Source: the human T2T-CHM13v2.0 reference genome, Homo sapiens. From it: DNA of 64,000 nt. Positions 1 to 11,100 of the stretch are shown piece by piece; the first letter of the stretch is position 1, and every line of letters starts with the position of its first letter. Location: NCBI RefSeq assembly GCF_009914755.1, contig NC_060941.1. One strand, 5' to 3'. Both the position numbers and the translations under genes were made by a program. The notes below the pieces were generated by a model. It worked only from the letters and a program-made list of their open reading frames with translations, did no database searches and had not been told where the DNA came from.

Positions 1-220
1 GAAACACTCTTTCTGTAGAAACTGCAAGGGGATCATTGCACTCTTTGAGGAGTACCGTAGTAAAGGAAATAACTTCCTATAAAAAGAAGACAGAAGCTTT
101 CTCAGAAAATTCTTTGGGATGATTGAGTTGAACTCACAGAGCTGAGCATTCCTTGCGATGTAGCAGTTTAGAAACACACTTTCTGCAGAATCTGCAAGTG
201 CATATTTGGACCTCTGTGAG
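1..220 (+). repeat. Partial HOR (3' end of the preceding unit)
   Basis: Matches 2716-2935; ends at the first EcoRI site (221). Confidence 0.95.
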
Positions 221-222
221 GA

Positions 223-239
223 ATTCGTTGGAAACGGGA
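223..239 (+). promoter_or_regulatory. CENP-B box (intact core), overlapping the EcoRI site; recurs in every HOR
   Basis: ATTCGTTGGAAACGGGA fits NTTCGNNNNANNCGGGN. Confidence 0.9.
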
Positions 240-388
240 TAATTTCAGCTGACTAAACAGAAGCAGTCTCAGAATCTTCTTTGTGATGTTTGCATTCAAA
301 TCCCCGAGTTGAACTTTCCTTTCAAAGTTCACGTTTGAAACACTCTTTTTGCAGGATCTACAAGTGGATATTTGGACCACTCTGTGTC

Positions 389-405
389 CTTCGTTCGAAA
401 CGGGT
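389..405 (+). promoter_or_regulatory. CENP-B box (intact core); recurs in every HOR
   Basis: CTTCGTTCGAAACGGGT fits NTTCGNNNNANNCGGGN. Confidence 0.88.
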
Positions 406-559
406 ATATCTTCACATGACATCTAGACAGAAGCATCCTCAGAAGCTTCTCTGTGATGACTGCATTCAACTCACGGAGTTGAACACTCCTTTTGAGAGCG
501 CAGTTTTGAAACTCTCTTTCTGTGGCATCTGCAAGGGGACATGTAGACCTCTTTGAAGA

Positions 560-576
560 TTTCGTTGGAAACGGAA
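560..576 (+). promoter_or_regulatory. Degenerate CENP-B box (CGGA instead of CGGG), predicted non-binding
   Basis: TTTCGTTGGAAACGGAA; one core base differs from the consensus in all copies inspected. Confidence 0.75.
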
Positions 577-730
577 TCATCTTCACATAAAAACTATACA
601 GATGCATTCTCAGGAACTTTTTGGTGATGTTTGTATTCAACTCCCAGAGTTGAACTTTCCTTTGGAAAGAGCAGCTATGAAACACTGTTTCTCTAGAATC
701 TGCAAGTGGACGTTTGGAGGGCTTTGTGGT

Positions 731-747
731 TTGTGGTGGAAAAGGAA
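731..747 (+). other. A-type (pJalpha-like) box at the CENP-B-box-equivalent position; others in U1 at 902, 1581, 1924, 2095, 2767
   Basis: TTGTGGTGGAAAAGGAA, CTATGGTAGTAAAGGGA, CTGTGGTGGAAAACGAA, CTGTGGTGGAAAAGGAA, CTATGGTAGTAAAGGAA and GTACCGTAGTAAAGGAA lie in monomer register with the B boxes. Confidence 0.75.
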
Positions 748-1072
748 ATATCTTCACCTAAATACTAGATAGAAGCATTCTCAGAAACTGCTTTGTGATG
801 ATTGCATTCACCTCACAGAGTTGAACATTCCTATTGGTAGAGCAGTTTGGAAACACTCTTGTTGTGGAATGTGCAAGTGGAGATTTGGAGCGCTTTGAGG
901 CCTATGGTAGTAAAGGGAATAGCTTCATAGAAAAACTAGACAGAAGCATTCTCAGAAAATACTTTGTGATGATTGAGTTTAACTCACAGAGCTGAACATT
1001 CCTTTGGATGGAGCAGGTTTGAGACACACTTTTTGTAGAATCTACAAGTGGATATTTGGACCTCTCTGAGGA

Positions 1073-1089
1073 TTTCGTTGGAAACGGGA
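1073..1089 (+). promoter_or_regulatory. CENP-B box (canonical); recurs in every HOR
   Basis: TTTCGTTGGAAACGGGA. Confidence 0.92.
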
Positions 1090-1238
1090 TAACTGCACCT
1101 AACTAAACGGAAGCATTCTCAGAAACTTCTTGGTGATGTTTGCATTCAAATCCCAGAGTTGAACCTTCCTTTGATAGTTCAGGTTTGAAACACTCTTTTT
1201 GTAGGATCTGCAAGTGGATATTTGGACCACTCTGTGGC

Positions 1239-1255
1239 CTTCGTTCGAAACGGGT
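1239..1255 (+). promoter_or_regulatory. CENP-B box (intact core); disrupted in U14
   Basis: CTTCGTTCGAAACGGGT. Confidence 0.88.
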
Positions 1256-1409
1256 ATATCTTCGCATAAAATCTAGACAGAAGCCTTCTCAGAAACTTCT
1301 CTGTGATGATTGCATTCAACTCACAGAGTTGAACCCTCCTATGGATAGAGCAGTGTTGAAACTCTCTTTTTGTGGAATCTGCAAGTGGATATGTGGACCT
1401 CTCCGAAGA

Positions 1410-1426
1410 TGTCTTTGGAAACGGGA
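1410..1426 (+). promoter_or_regulatory. Degenerate CENP-B box (TTCG replaced by GTCT), predicted non-binding
   Basis: TGTCTTTGGAAACGGGA. Confidence 0.75.
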
Positions 1427-1752
1427 ATATCTTCACATAAAAACTAAACAGAAGCATTCTCAGAAACTTCTCTGTGATGTTTGTGTTCAACTCCCAGAGT
1501 TTCACATTGCTTTTCATAGAGTAGTTCTGAAACATGCTTTTCGTAGTGTCTACAAGTGGACATTTGGAGCGCTTTCAGGCCTGTGGTGGAAAACGAATTA
1601 TGGTCACATAAAAACTGGAGAGAAGCATTGTCAGAAACTTCTTTGTGATGATTGCATTCAACTCACAGAGTTGAAGGTTCCTTTTCAAAGAGCAGTTTCC
1701 AATCACTCTTTCTGTGGAATCTGCAAGTGGATATTTGGACCTATTTTGAAGA

Positions 1753-1769
1753 TTTCGTTGGAAACGGGA
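1753..1769 (+). promoter_or_regulatory. CENP-B box (canonical); recurs in every HOR
   Basis: TTTCGTTGGAAACGGGA. Confidence 0.92.
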
Positions 1770-2265
1770 GAATCTTCACAGGAAAGCTAAACAGAAGCAT
1801 TCTCAGAAACTTCTTTGTGATGCTTGCATTCAACTCACAGAGTTGAACTTTCCTTTCGAGAGAGAAGCTTTGAAACACTCTTTTTCCAGAATCTGCAAGT
1901 GGACATTTGGAGGGCTTTGAGGCCTGTGGTGGAAAAGGAATTATCTTCCCGTAAAAGCTAGATAGAAGCATTCTCAGAAACTACTTTGTGATGATTGCAT
2001 TCAAGTCACAGAGTTGAACATTCCCTTTGACAGAGCAGTTTGGAAACTCTCTTTGTGTAGAATCTGCAAGTGGAGATATGGACCGCTTTGAGGCCTATGG
2101 TAGTAAAGGAAATAGCTTCATATAAAAGCTAGACAGTAGCATTCACAGAAAACTCTTGGTGACGACTGAGTTTAACTCACAGAGCTGAACATTCCTTTGG
2201 ATGGAGCAGTTTCGAAACACACTATTTGTAGAATGTGCAAGTGGATATTTAGGCCTCTCTGAGGA

Positions 2266-2282
2266 TTTCGTTGGAAACGGGA
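2266..2282 (+). promoter_or_regulatory. CENP-B box (canonical), first of three consecutive boxes
   Basis: TTTCGTTGGAAACGGGA followed by TAAACCGCACAGAAC. Confidence 0.92.
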
Positions 2283-2432
2283 TAAACCGCACAGAACTAA
2301 ACAGAAGCATTCTCAGAACCTTCTTCGTGATGTTTGCATTCAACTCACAGTGTTGAACCTTTCTTTGATAGTTCAGGTTTGAAACGGTCTTTCTGTAGAA
2401 ACTGCAAGTAGATATTTGGACCTCTCTGAGGA

Positions 2433-2449
2433 TTTCGTTGGAAACGGGA
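2433..2449 (+). promoter_or_regulatory. CENP-B box (canonical), second of three; deleted in 15-mer U21
   Basis: TTTCGTTGGAAACGGGA followed by TAACCCGCACAGAACTAAAAC. Confidence 0.92.
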
Positions 2450-2600
2450 TAACCCGCACAGAACTAAAACAGAAGCATTCTCAGAACCCTCTTCGTGATG
2501 TTTGCATTCAACTCACAGTGCTGAACCTTTCTTTGATAGTTCAGCTTTGAAACACTCTTTTTGTAGAAACTGCAAGTGGATATTTGGTCCTCTCTGAGCA

Positions 2601-2617
2601 TTTCGTTGGAAACGGGA
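2601..2617 (+). promoter_or_regulatory. CENP-B box (canonical), third of three; deleted in 15-mer U3
   Basis: GAGCA-TTTCGTTGGAAACGGGA followed by TAAACTGCACAGAAC. Confidence 0.92.
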
Positions 2618-5600
2618 TAAACTGCACAGAACTAAACAGAAGCATTCTCAGAAACTTCTTCGTGATGTCTGCATTCAACTCACAGTGTGGAACCTTTCTT
2701 TGATAGTTCAGGTTTGAAACACTCTTTCTGTAGAAACTGCAAGGGGATCATTGCACTCTTTGAGGAGTACCGTAGTAAAGGAAATAACTTCCTATAAAAA
2801 GAAGACAGAAGCTTTCTCAGAAAATTCTTTGGGATGATTGAGTTGAACTCACAGAGCTGAGCATTCCTTGCGATGTAGCAGTTTAGAAACACACTTTCTG
2901 CAGAATCTGCAAGTGCATATTTGGACCTCTGTGAGGAATTCGTTGGAAACGGGATAATTTCAGCTGACTAAACAGAAGCAGTCTCAGAATCTTCTTTGTG
3001 ATGTTTGCATTCAAATCCCCGAGTTGAACTTTCCTTTCAAAGTTCACGTTTGAAACACTCTTTTTGCAGGATCTACAAGTGGATATTTGGACCACTCTGT
3101 GTCCTTCGTTCGAAACGGGTATATCTTCACATGACATCTAGACAGAAGCATCCTCAGAAGCTTCTCTGTGATGACTGCATTCAACTCACGGAGTTGAACA
3201 CTCCTTTTGAGAGCGCAGTTTTGAAACTCTCTTTCTGTGGCATCTGCAAGGGGACATGTAGACCTCTTTGAAGATTTCGTTGGAAACGGAATCATCTTCA
3301 CATAAAAACTATACAGATGCATTCTCAGGAACTTTTTGGTGATGTTTGTATTCAACTCCCAGAGTTGAACTTTCCTTTGGAAAGAGCAGCTATGAAACAC
3401 TCTTTTTCTAGAATCTGCAAGTGGACGTTTGGAGGGCTTTGTGGTTTGTGGTGGAAAAGGAAATATCTTCACCTAAATACTAGATAGAAGCATTCTCAGA
3501 AACTGCTTTGTGATGATTGCATTCACCTCACAGAGTTGAACATTCCTATTGATAGAGCAGTTTGGAAACACTCTTGTTGTGGAATGTGCAAGTGGAGATT
3601 TGGAGCGCTTTGAGGCCTATGGTAGTAAAGGGAATAGCTTCATAGAAAAACTAGACAGAAGCATTCTCAGAAAATACTTTGTGATGATTGAGTTTAACTC
3701 ACAGAGCTGAACATTCCTTTGGATGGAGCAGGTTTGAGACACACCTTTTGTAGAATCTACAAGTGGATATTTGGACCTCTCTGAGGATTTCGTTGGAAAC
3801 GGGATAACTGCACCTAACTAAACGGAAGCATTCTCAGAAACTTCTTGGTGATGTTTGCATTCAAATCCCAGAGTTGAACCTTCCTTTGATAGTTCAGGTT
3901 TGAAACACTCTTTTTGTAGGATCTGCAAGTGGATATTTGGACCACTCTGTGGCCTTCGTTCGAAACGGGTATATCTTCGCATAAAATCTAGACAGAAGCC
4001 TTCTCAGAAACTTCTCTGTGATGATTGCATTCAACTCACAGAGTTGAACCCTCCTATGGATAGAGCAGTGTTGAAACTCTCTTTTTGTGGAATCTGCAAG
4101 TGGATATGTGGACCTCTCCGAAGATGTCTTTGGAAACGGGAATATCTTCACATAAAAACTAAACAGAAGCATTCTCAGAAACTTCTCTGTGATGTTTGTG
4201 TTCAACTCCCAGAGTTTCACATTGCTTTTCATAGAGTAGTTCTGAAACATGCTTTTCGTAGTGTCTACAAGTGGACATTTGGAGCGCTTTCAGGCCTGTG
4301 GTGGAAAACGAATTATGGTCACATAAAAACTGGAGAGAAGCATTGTCAGAAACTTCTTTGTGATGATTGCATTCAACTCACAGAGTTGAAGGTTCCTTTT
4401 CAAAGAGCAGTTTCCAATCACTCTTTCTGTGGAATCTGCAAGTGGATATTTGGACCTATTTTGAAGATTTCGTTGGAAACGGGAGAATCTTCACAGGAAA
4501 GCTAAACAGAAGCATTCTCAGAAACTTCTTTGTGATGCTTGCATTCAACTCACAGAGTTGAACTTTCCTTTCGAGAGAGAAGCTTTGAAACACTCTTTTT
4601 CCAGAATCTGCAAGTGGACATTTGGAGGGCTTTGAGGCCTGTGGTGGAAAAGGAATTATCTTCCCGTAAAAGCTAGATAGAAGCATTCTCAGAAACTACT
4701 TTGTGATGATTGCATTCAAGTCACAGAGTTGAACATTCCCTTTGACAGAGCAGTTTGGAAACTCTCTTTGTGTAGAATCTGCAAGTGGAGATATGGACCG
4801 CTTTGAGGCCTATGGTAGTAAAGGAAATAGCTTCATATAAAAGCTAGACAGTAGCATTCACAGAAAACTCTTGGTGACGACTGAGTTTAACTCACAGAGC
4901 TGAACATTCCTTTGGATGGAGCAGTTTCGAAACACACTATTTGTAGAATGTGCAAGTGGATATTTAGGCCTCTCTGAGGATTTCGTTGGAAACGGGATAA
5001 ACCGCACAGAACTAAACAGAAGCATTCTCAGAACCTTCTTCGTGATGTTTGCATTCAACTCACAGTGTTGAACCTTTCTTTGATAGTTCAGGTTTGAAAC
5101 GGTCTTTCTGTAGAAACTGCAAGTAGATATTTGGACCTCTCTGAGGATTTCGTTGGAAACGGGATAACCCGCACAGAACTAAAACAGAAGCATTCTCAGA
5201 ACCCTCTTCGTGATGTTTGCATTCAACTCACAGTGCTGAACCTTTCTTTGATAGTTCAGCTTTGAAACACTCTTTTTGTAGAAACTGCAAGTGGATATTT
5301 GGTCCTCTCTGAGCATTTCGTTGGAAACGGGATAAACTGCACAGAACTAAACAGAAGCATTCTCAGAACCTTCTTCGTGATGTCTGCATTCAACTCACAG
5401 TGTGGAACCTTTCTTTGATAGTTCAGGTTTGAAACACTCTTTCTGTAGAAACTGCAAGGGGATCATTGCACTCTTTGAGGAGTACCGTAGTAAAGGAAAT
5501 AACTTCCTATAAAAAGAAGACAGAAGCTTTCTCAGAAAATTCTTTGGGATGATTGAGTTGAACTCACAGAGCTGAGCATTCCTTGCGATGTAGCAGTTTA

Positions 5601-5650
5601 GAAACACACTTTCTGCAGAATCTGCAAGTGCATATTTGGACCTCTGTGAG

Positions 5651-8198
5651 GAATTCGTTGGAAACGGGATAATTTCAGCTGACTAAACAGAAGCAGTCTC
5701 AGAATCTTCTTTGTGATGTTTGCATTCAAATCCCCGAGTTGAACTTTCCTTTCAAAGTTCACGTTTGAAACACTCTTTTTGCAGGATCTACAAGTGGATA
5801 TTTGGACCACTCTGTGTCCTTCGTTCGAAACGGGTATATCTTCACATGACATCTAGACAGAAGCATCCTCAGAAGCTTCTCTGTGATGACTGCATTCAAC
5901 TCACGGAGTTGAACACTCCTTTTGAGAGCGCAGTTTTGAAACTCTCTTTCTGTGGCATCTGCAAGGGGACATGTAGACCTCTTTGAAGATTTCGTTGGAA
6001 ACGGAATCATCTTCACATAAAAACTATACAGATGCATTCTCAGGAACTTTTTGGTGATGTTTGTATTCAACTCCCAGAGTTGAACTTTCCTTTGGAAAGA
6101 GCAGCTATGAAACACTCTTTTTCTAGAATCTGCAAGTGGACGTTTGGAGGGCTTTGTGGTTTGTGGTGGAAAAGGAAATATCTTCACCTAAATACTAGAT
6201 AGAAGCATTCTCAGAAACTGCTTTGTGATGATTGCATTCACCTCACAGAGTTGAACATTCCTATTGATAGAGCAGTTTGGAAACACTCTTGTTGTGGAAT
6301 GTGCAAGTGGAGATTTGGAGCGCTTTGAGGCCTATGGTAGTAAAGGGAATAGCTTCATAGAAAAACTAGACAGAAGCATTCTCAGAATATACTTTGTGAT
6401 GATTGAGTTTAACTCACAGAGCTGAACATTCCTTTGGATGGAGCAGGTTTGAGACACACTTTTTGTAGAATCTACAAGTGGATATTTGGACCTCTCTGAG
6501 GATTTCGTTGGAAACGGGATAACTGCACCTAACTAAACGGAAGCATTCTCAGAAACTTCTTGGTGATGTTTGCATTCAAATCCCAGAGTTGAACCTTCCT
6601 TTGATAGTTCAGGTTTGAAACACTCTTTTTGTAGGATCTGCAAGTGGATATTTGGACCACTCTGTGGCCTTCGTTCGAAACGGGTATATCTTCGCATAAA
6701 ATCTAGACAGAAGCCTTCTCAGAAACTTCTCTGTGATGATTGCATTCAACTCACAGAGTTGAACCCTCCTATGGATAGAGCAGTGTTGAAACTCTCTTTT
6801 TGTGGAATCTGCAAGTGGATATGTGGACCTCTCCGAAGATGTCTTTGGAAACGGGAATATCTTCACATAAAAACTAAACAGAAGCATTCTCAGAAACTTC
6901 TCTGTGATGTTTGTGTTCAACTCCCAGAGTTTCACATTGCTTTTCATAGAGTAGTTCTGAAACATGCTTTTCGTAGTGTCTACAAGTGGACATTTGGAGC
7001 GCTTTCAGGCCTGTGGTGGAAAACGAATTATGGTCACATAAAAACTGGAGAGAAGCATTGTCAGAAACTTCTTTGTGATGATTGCATTCAACTCACAGAG
7101 TTGAAGGTTCCTTTTCAAAGAGCAGTTTCCAATCACTCTTTGTGTGGAATCTGCAAGTGGATATTTGGACCTATTTTGAAGATTTCGTTGGAAACGGGAG
7201 AATCTTCACAGGAAAGCTAAACAGAAGCATTCTCAGAAACTTCTTTGTGATGCTTGCATTCAACTCACAGAGTTGAACTTTCCTTTCGAGAGAGAAGCTT
7301 TGAAACACTCTTTTTCCAGAATCTGCAAGTGGACATTTGGAGGGCTTTGAGGCCTGTGGTGGAAAAGGAATTATCTTCCCGTAAAAGCTAGATAGAAGCA
7401 TTCTCAGAAACTACTTTGTGATGATTGCATTCAAGTCACAGAGTTGAACATTCCCTTTGACAGAGCAGTTTGGAAACTCTCTTTGTGTAGAATCTGCAAG
7501 TGGAGATATGGACCGCTTTGAGGCCTATGGTAGTAAAGGAAATAGCTTCATATAAAAGCTAGACAGTAGCATTCACAGAAAACTCTTGGTGACGACTGAG
7601 TTTAACTCACAGAGCTGAACATTCCTTTGGATGGAGCAGTTTCGAAACACACTATTTGTAGAATGTGCAAGTGGATATTTAGGCCTCTCTGAGGATTTCG
7701 TTGGAAACGGGATAAACCGCACAGAACTAAACAGAAGCATTCTCAGAACCTTCTTCGTGATGTTTGCATTCAACTCACAGTGTTGAACCTTTCTTTGATA
7801 GTTCAGGTTTGAAACGGTCTTTCTGTAGAAACTGCAAGTAGATATTTGGACCTCTCTGAGGATTTCGTTGGAAACGGGATAACCCGCACAGAACTAAAAC
7901 AGAAGCATTCTCAGAACCCTCTTCGTGATGTTTGCATTCAACTCACAGTGCTGAACCTTTCTTTGATAGTTCAGGTTTGAAACACTCTTTCTGTAGAAAC
8001 TGCAAGGGGATAATTGCACTCTTTGAGGAGTACCGTAGTAAAGGAAATAACTTCCTATAAAAAGAAGACAGAAGCTTTCTCAGAAAATTCTTTGGGATGA
8101 TTGAGTTGAACTCACAGAGCTGAGCATTCCTTGCGATGTAGCAGTTTAGAAACACACTTTCTGCAGAATCTGCAAGTGCATATTTGGACCTCTGTGAG
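5651..8198 (+). repeat. 15-mer variant HOR U3 (2548 bp, 167-bp deletion)
   Basis: Period drops from 2715 to 2548 (ORF marker 5598 to 8146). Hybrid monomer at 7941-8010 joins GTGCTGAACC to TCAGGTTTGAAACACTCTTTCTG; the GAGCATTTCG box monomer is absent. Confidence 0.95.
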
Positions 8199-11100
8199 GA
8201 ATTCGTTGGAAACGGGATAATTTCAGCTGACTAAACAGAAGCAGTCTCAGAATCTTCTTTGTGATGTTTGCATTCAAATCCCCGAGTTGAACTTTCCTTT
8301 CAAAGTTCACGTTTGAAACACTCTTTTTGCAGGATCTACAAGTGGATATTTGGACCACTCTGTGTCCTTCGTTCGAAACGGGTATATCTTCACATGACAT
8401 CTAGACAGAAGCATCCTCAGAAGCTTCTCTGTGATGACTGCATTCAACTCACGGAGTTGAACACTCCTTTTGAGAGCGCAGTTTTGAAACTCTCTTTCTG
8501 TGGCATCTGCAAGGGGACATGTAGACCTCTTTGAAGATTTCGTTGGAAACGGAATCATCTTCACATAAAAACTATACAGATGCATTCTCAGGAACTTTTT
8601 GGTGATGTTTGTATTCAACTCCCAGAGTTGAACTTTCCTTTGGAAAGAGCAGCTATGAAACACTCTTTTTCTAGAATCTGCAAGTGGACGTTTGGAGGGC
8701 TTTGTGGTTTGTGGTGGAAAAGGAAATATCTTCACCTAAATACTAGATAGAAGCATTCTCAGAAACTGCTTTGTGATGATTGCATTCACCTCACAGAGTT
8801 GAACATTCCTATTGATAGAGCAGTTTGGAAACACTCTTGTTGTGGAATGTGCAAGTGGAGATTTGGAGCGCTTTGAGGCCTATGGTAGTAAAGGGAATAG
8901 CTTCATAGAAAAACTAGACAGAAGCATTCTCAGAAAATACTTTGTGATGATTGAGTTTAACTCACAGAGCTGAACATTCCTTTGGATGGAGCAGGTTTGA
9001 GACACACTTTTTGTAGAATCTACAAGTGGATATTTGGACCTCTCTGAGGATTTCGTTGGAAACGGGATAACTGCACCTAACTAAACGGAAGCATTCTCAG
9101 AAACTTCTTGGTGATGTTTGCATTCAAATCCCAGAGTTGAACCTTCCTTTGATAGTTCAGGTTTGAAACACTCTTTTTGTAGGATCTGCAAGTGGATATT
9201 TGGACCACTCTGTGGCCTTCGTTCGAAACGGGTATATCTTCGCATAAAATCTAGACAGAAGCCTTCTCAGAAACTTCTCTGTGATGATTGCATTCAACTC
9301 ACAGAGTTGAACCCTCCTATGGATAGAGCAGTGTTGAAACTCTCTTTTTGTGGAATCTGCAAGTGGATATGTGGACCTCTCCGAAGATGTCTTTGGAAAC
9401 GGGAATATCTTCACATAAAAACTAAACAGAAGCATTCTCAGAAACTTCTCTGTGATGTTTGTGTTCAACTCCCAGAGTTTCACATTGCTTTTCATAGAGT
9501 AGTTCTGAAACATGCTTTTCGTAGTGTCTACAAGTGGACATTTGGAGCGCTTTCAGGCCTGTGGTGGAAAACGAATTATGGTCACATAAAAACTGGAGAG
9601 AAGCATTGTCAGAAACTTCTTTGTGATGATTGCATTCAACTCACAGAGTTGAAGGTTCCTTTTCAAAGAGCAGTTTCCAATCACTCTTTCTGTGGAATCT
9701 GCAAGTGGATATTTGGACCTATTTTGAAGATTTCGTTGGAAACGGGAGAATCTTCACAGGAAAGCTAAACAGAAGCATTCTCAGAAACTTCTTTGTGATG
9801 CTTGCATTCAACTCACAGAGTTGAACTTTCCTTTCGAGAGAGAAGCTTTGAAACACTCTTTTTCCAGAATCTGCAAGTGGACATTTGGAGGGCTTTGAGG
9901 CCTGTGGTGGAAAAGGAATTATCTTCCCGTAAAAGCTAGATAGAAGCATTCTCAGAAACTACTTTGTGATGATTGCATTCAAGTCACAGAGTTGAACATT
10001 CCCTTTGACAGAGCAGTTTGGAAACTCTCTTTGTGTAGAATCTGCAAGTGGAGATATGGACCGCTTTGAGGCCTATGGTAGTAAAGGAAATAGCTTCATA
10101 TAAAAGCTAGACAGTAGCATTCACAGAAAACTCTTGGTGACGACTGAGTTTAACTCACAGAGCTGAACATTCCTTTGGATGGAGCAGTTTCGAAACACAC
10201 TATTTGTAGAATGTGCAAGTGGATATTTAGGCCTCTCTGAGGATTTCGTTGGAAACGGGATAAACCGCACAGAACTAAACAGAAGCATTCTCAGAACCTT
10301 CTTCGTGATGTTTGCATTCAACTCACAGTGTTGAACCTTTCTTTGATAGTTCAGGTTTGAAACGGTCTTTCTGTAGAAACTGCAAGTAGATATTTGGACC
10401 TCTCTGAGGATTTCGTTGGAAACGGGATAACCCGCACAGAACTAAAACAGAAGCATTCTCAGAACCCTCTTCGTGATGTTTGCATTCAACTCACAGTGCT
10501 GAACCTTTCTTTGATAGTTCAGCTTTGAAACACTCTTTTTGTAGAAACTGCAAGTGGATATTTGGTCCTCTCTGAGCATTTCGTTGGAAACGGGATAAAC
10601 TGCACAGAACTAAACAGAAGCATTCTCAGAACCTTCTTCGTGATGTCTGCATTCAACTCACAGTGTGGAACCTTTCTTTGATAGTTCAGGTTTGAAACAC
10701 TCTTTCTGTAGAAACTGCAAGGGGATAATTGCACTCTTTGACGAGTACCGTAGTAAAGGAAATAACTTCCTATAAAAAGAAGACAGAAGCTTTCTCAGAA
10801 AATTCTTTGGGATGATTGAGTTGAACTCACAGAGCTGAGCATTCCTTGCGATGTAGCAGTTTAGAAACACACTTTCTGCAGAATCTGCAAGTGCATATTT
10901 GGACCTCTGTGAGGAATTCGTTGGAAACGGGATAATTTCAGCTGACTAAACAGAAGCAGTCTCAGAATCTTCTTTGTGATGTTTGCATTCAAATCCCCGA
11001 GTTGAACTTTCCTTTCAAAGTTCACGTTTGAAACACTCTTTTTGCAGGATCTACAAGTGGATATTTGGACCACTCTGTGTCCTTCGTTCGAAACGGGTAT

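Larger units (their letters stand above)
2240..2742 (+). repeat. Internal tandem triplication of a short (167-168 bp) B-type monomer within each HOR
   Basis: Three near-identical copies of box-GCACAGAACTAAA(A)CAGAAGCATTCTCAGAA-CTTCGTGATGT-CACAGTG-GAACCTTTCTTTGATAGTTCAG-TGTAGAAACTGCAAG, visibly more alike than any other adjacent monomers. Confidence 0.9.
221..5650 (+). repeat. Two canonical 16-mer HORs (U1, U2; 2715 bp each)
   Basis: EcoRI sites at 221, 2936, 5651. Box-to-box spacings in U1 are 166,171,171,171,171,166,171,171,172,171,171,171,167,168,166,171 = 2715. Confidence 0.95.

Noticed and set aside
76-86. TATA-like CCTATAAAAAG once per HOR as a possible promoter for centromeric transcripts
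   Set aside because: It is the normal A-rich segment found at this position in all monomers (e.g. CACATAAAAAC). Nothing in the sequence supports promoter function.
1140-1790. 216-aa Cys/His/Lys-rich ORF repeated in every HOR, superficially zinc-finger-like
   Set aside because: It is a translation of consecutive 171-bp (57-codon) monomers, which explains the internal 57-aa repeat. It starts at a non-ATG codon, shows no real C2H2 spacing, and is truncated by a stop in U18 and U19. Its conservation reflects satellite homogeneity.
181-2218. Short perfect palindromes (TTCTGCAGAA 181-190, AGAAGCTTCT 441-450, GTTTCGAAAC 2209-2218) as cruciform or terminator candidates
   Set aside because: They are only 10 bp long, typical of alphoid dyads, and too short to support a structural claim without an enrichment test.
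223-2617. CRISPR-like pattern of a short conserved motif (TTTCGTTGGAAACGGGA) at regular spacing
   Set aside because: The intervening sequences are homologous monomers, not unique spacers. The motif is the CENP-B box and there are no cas genes.
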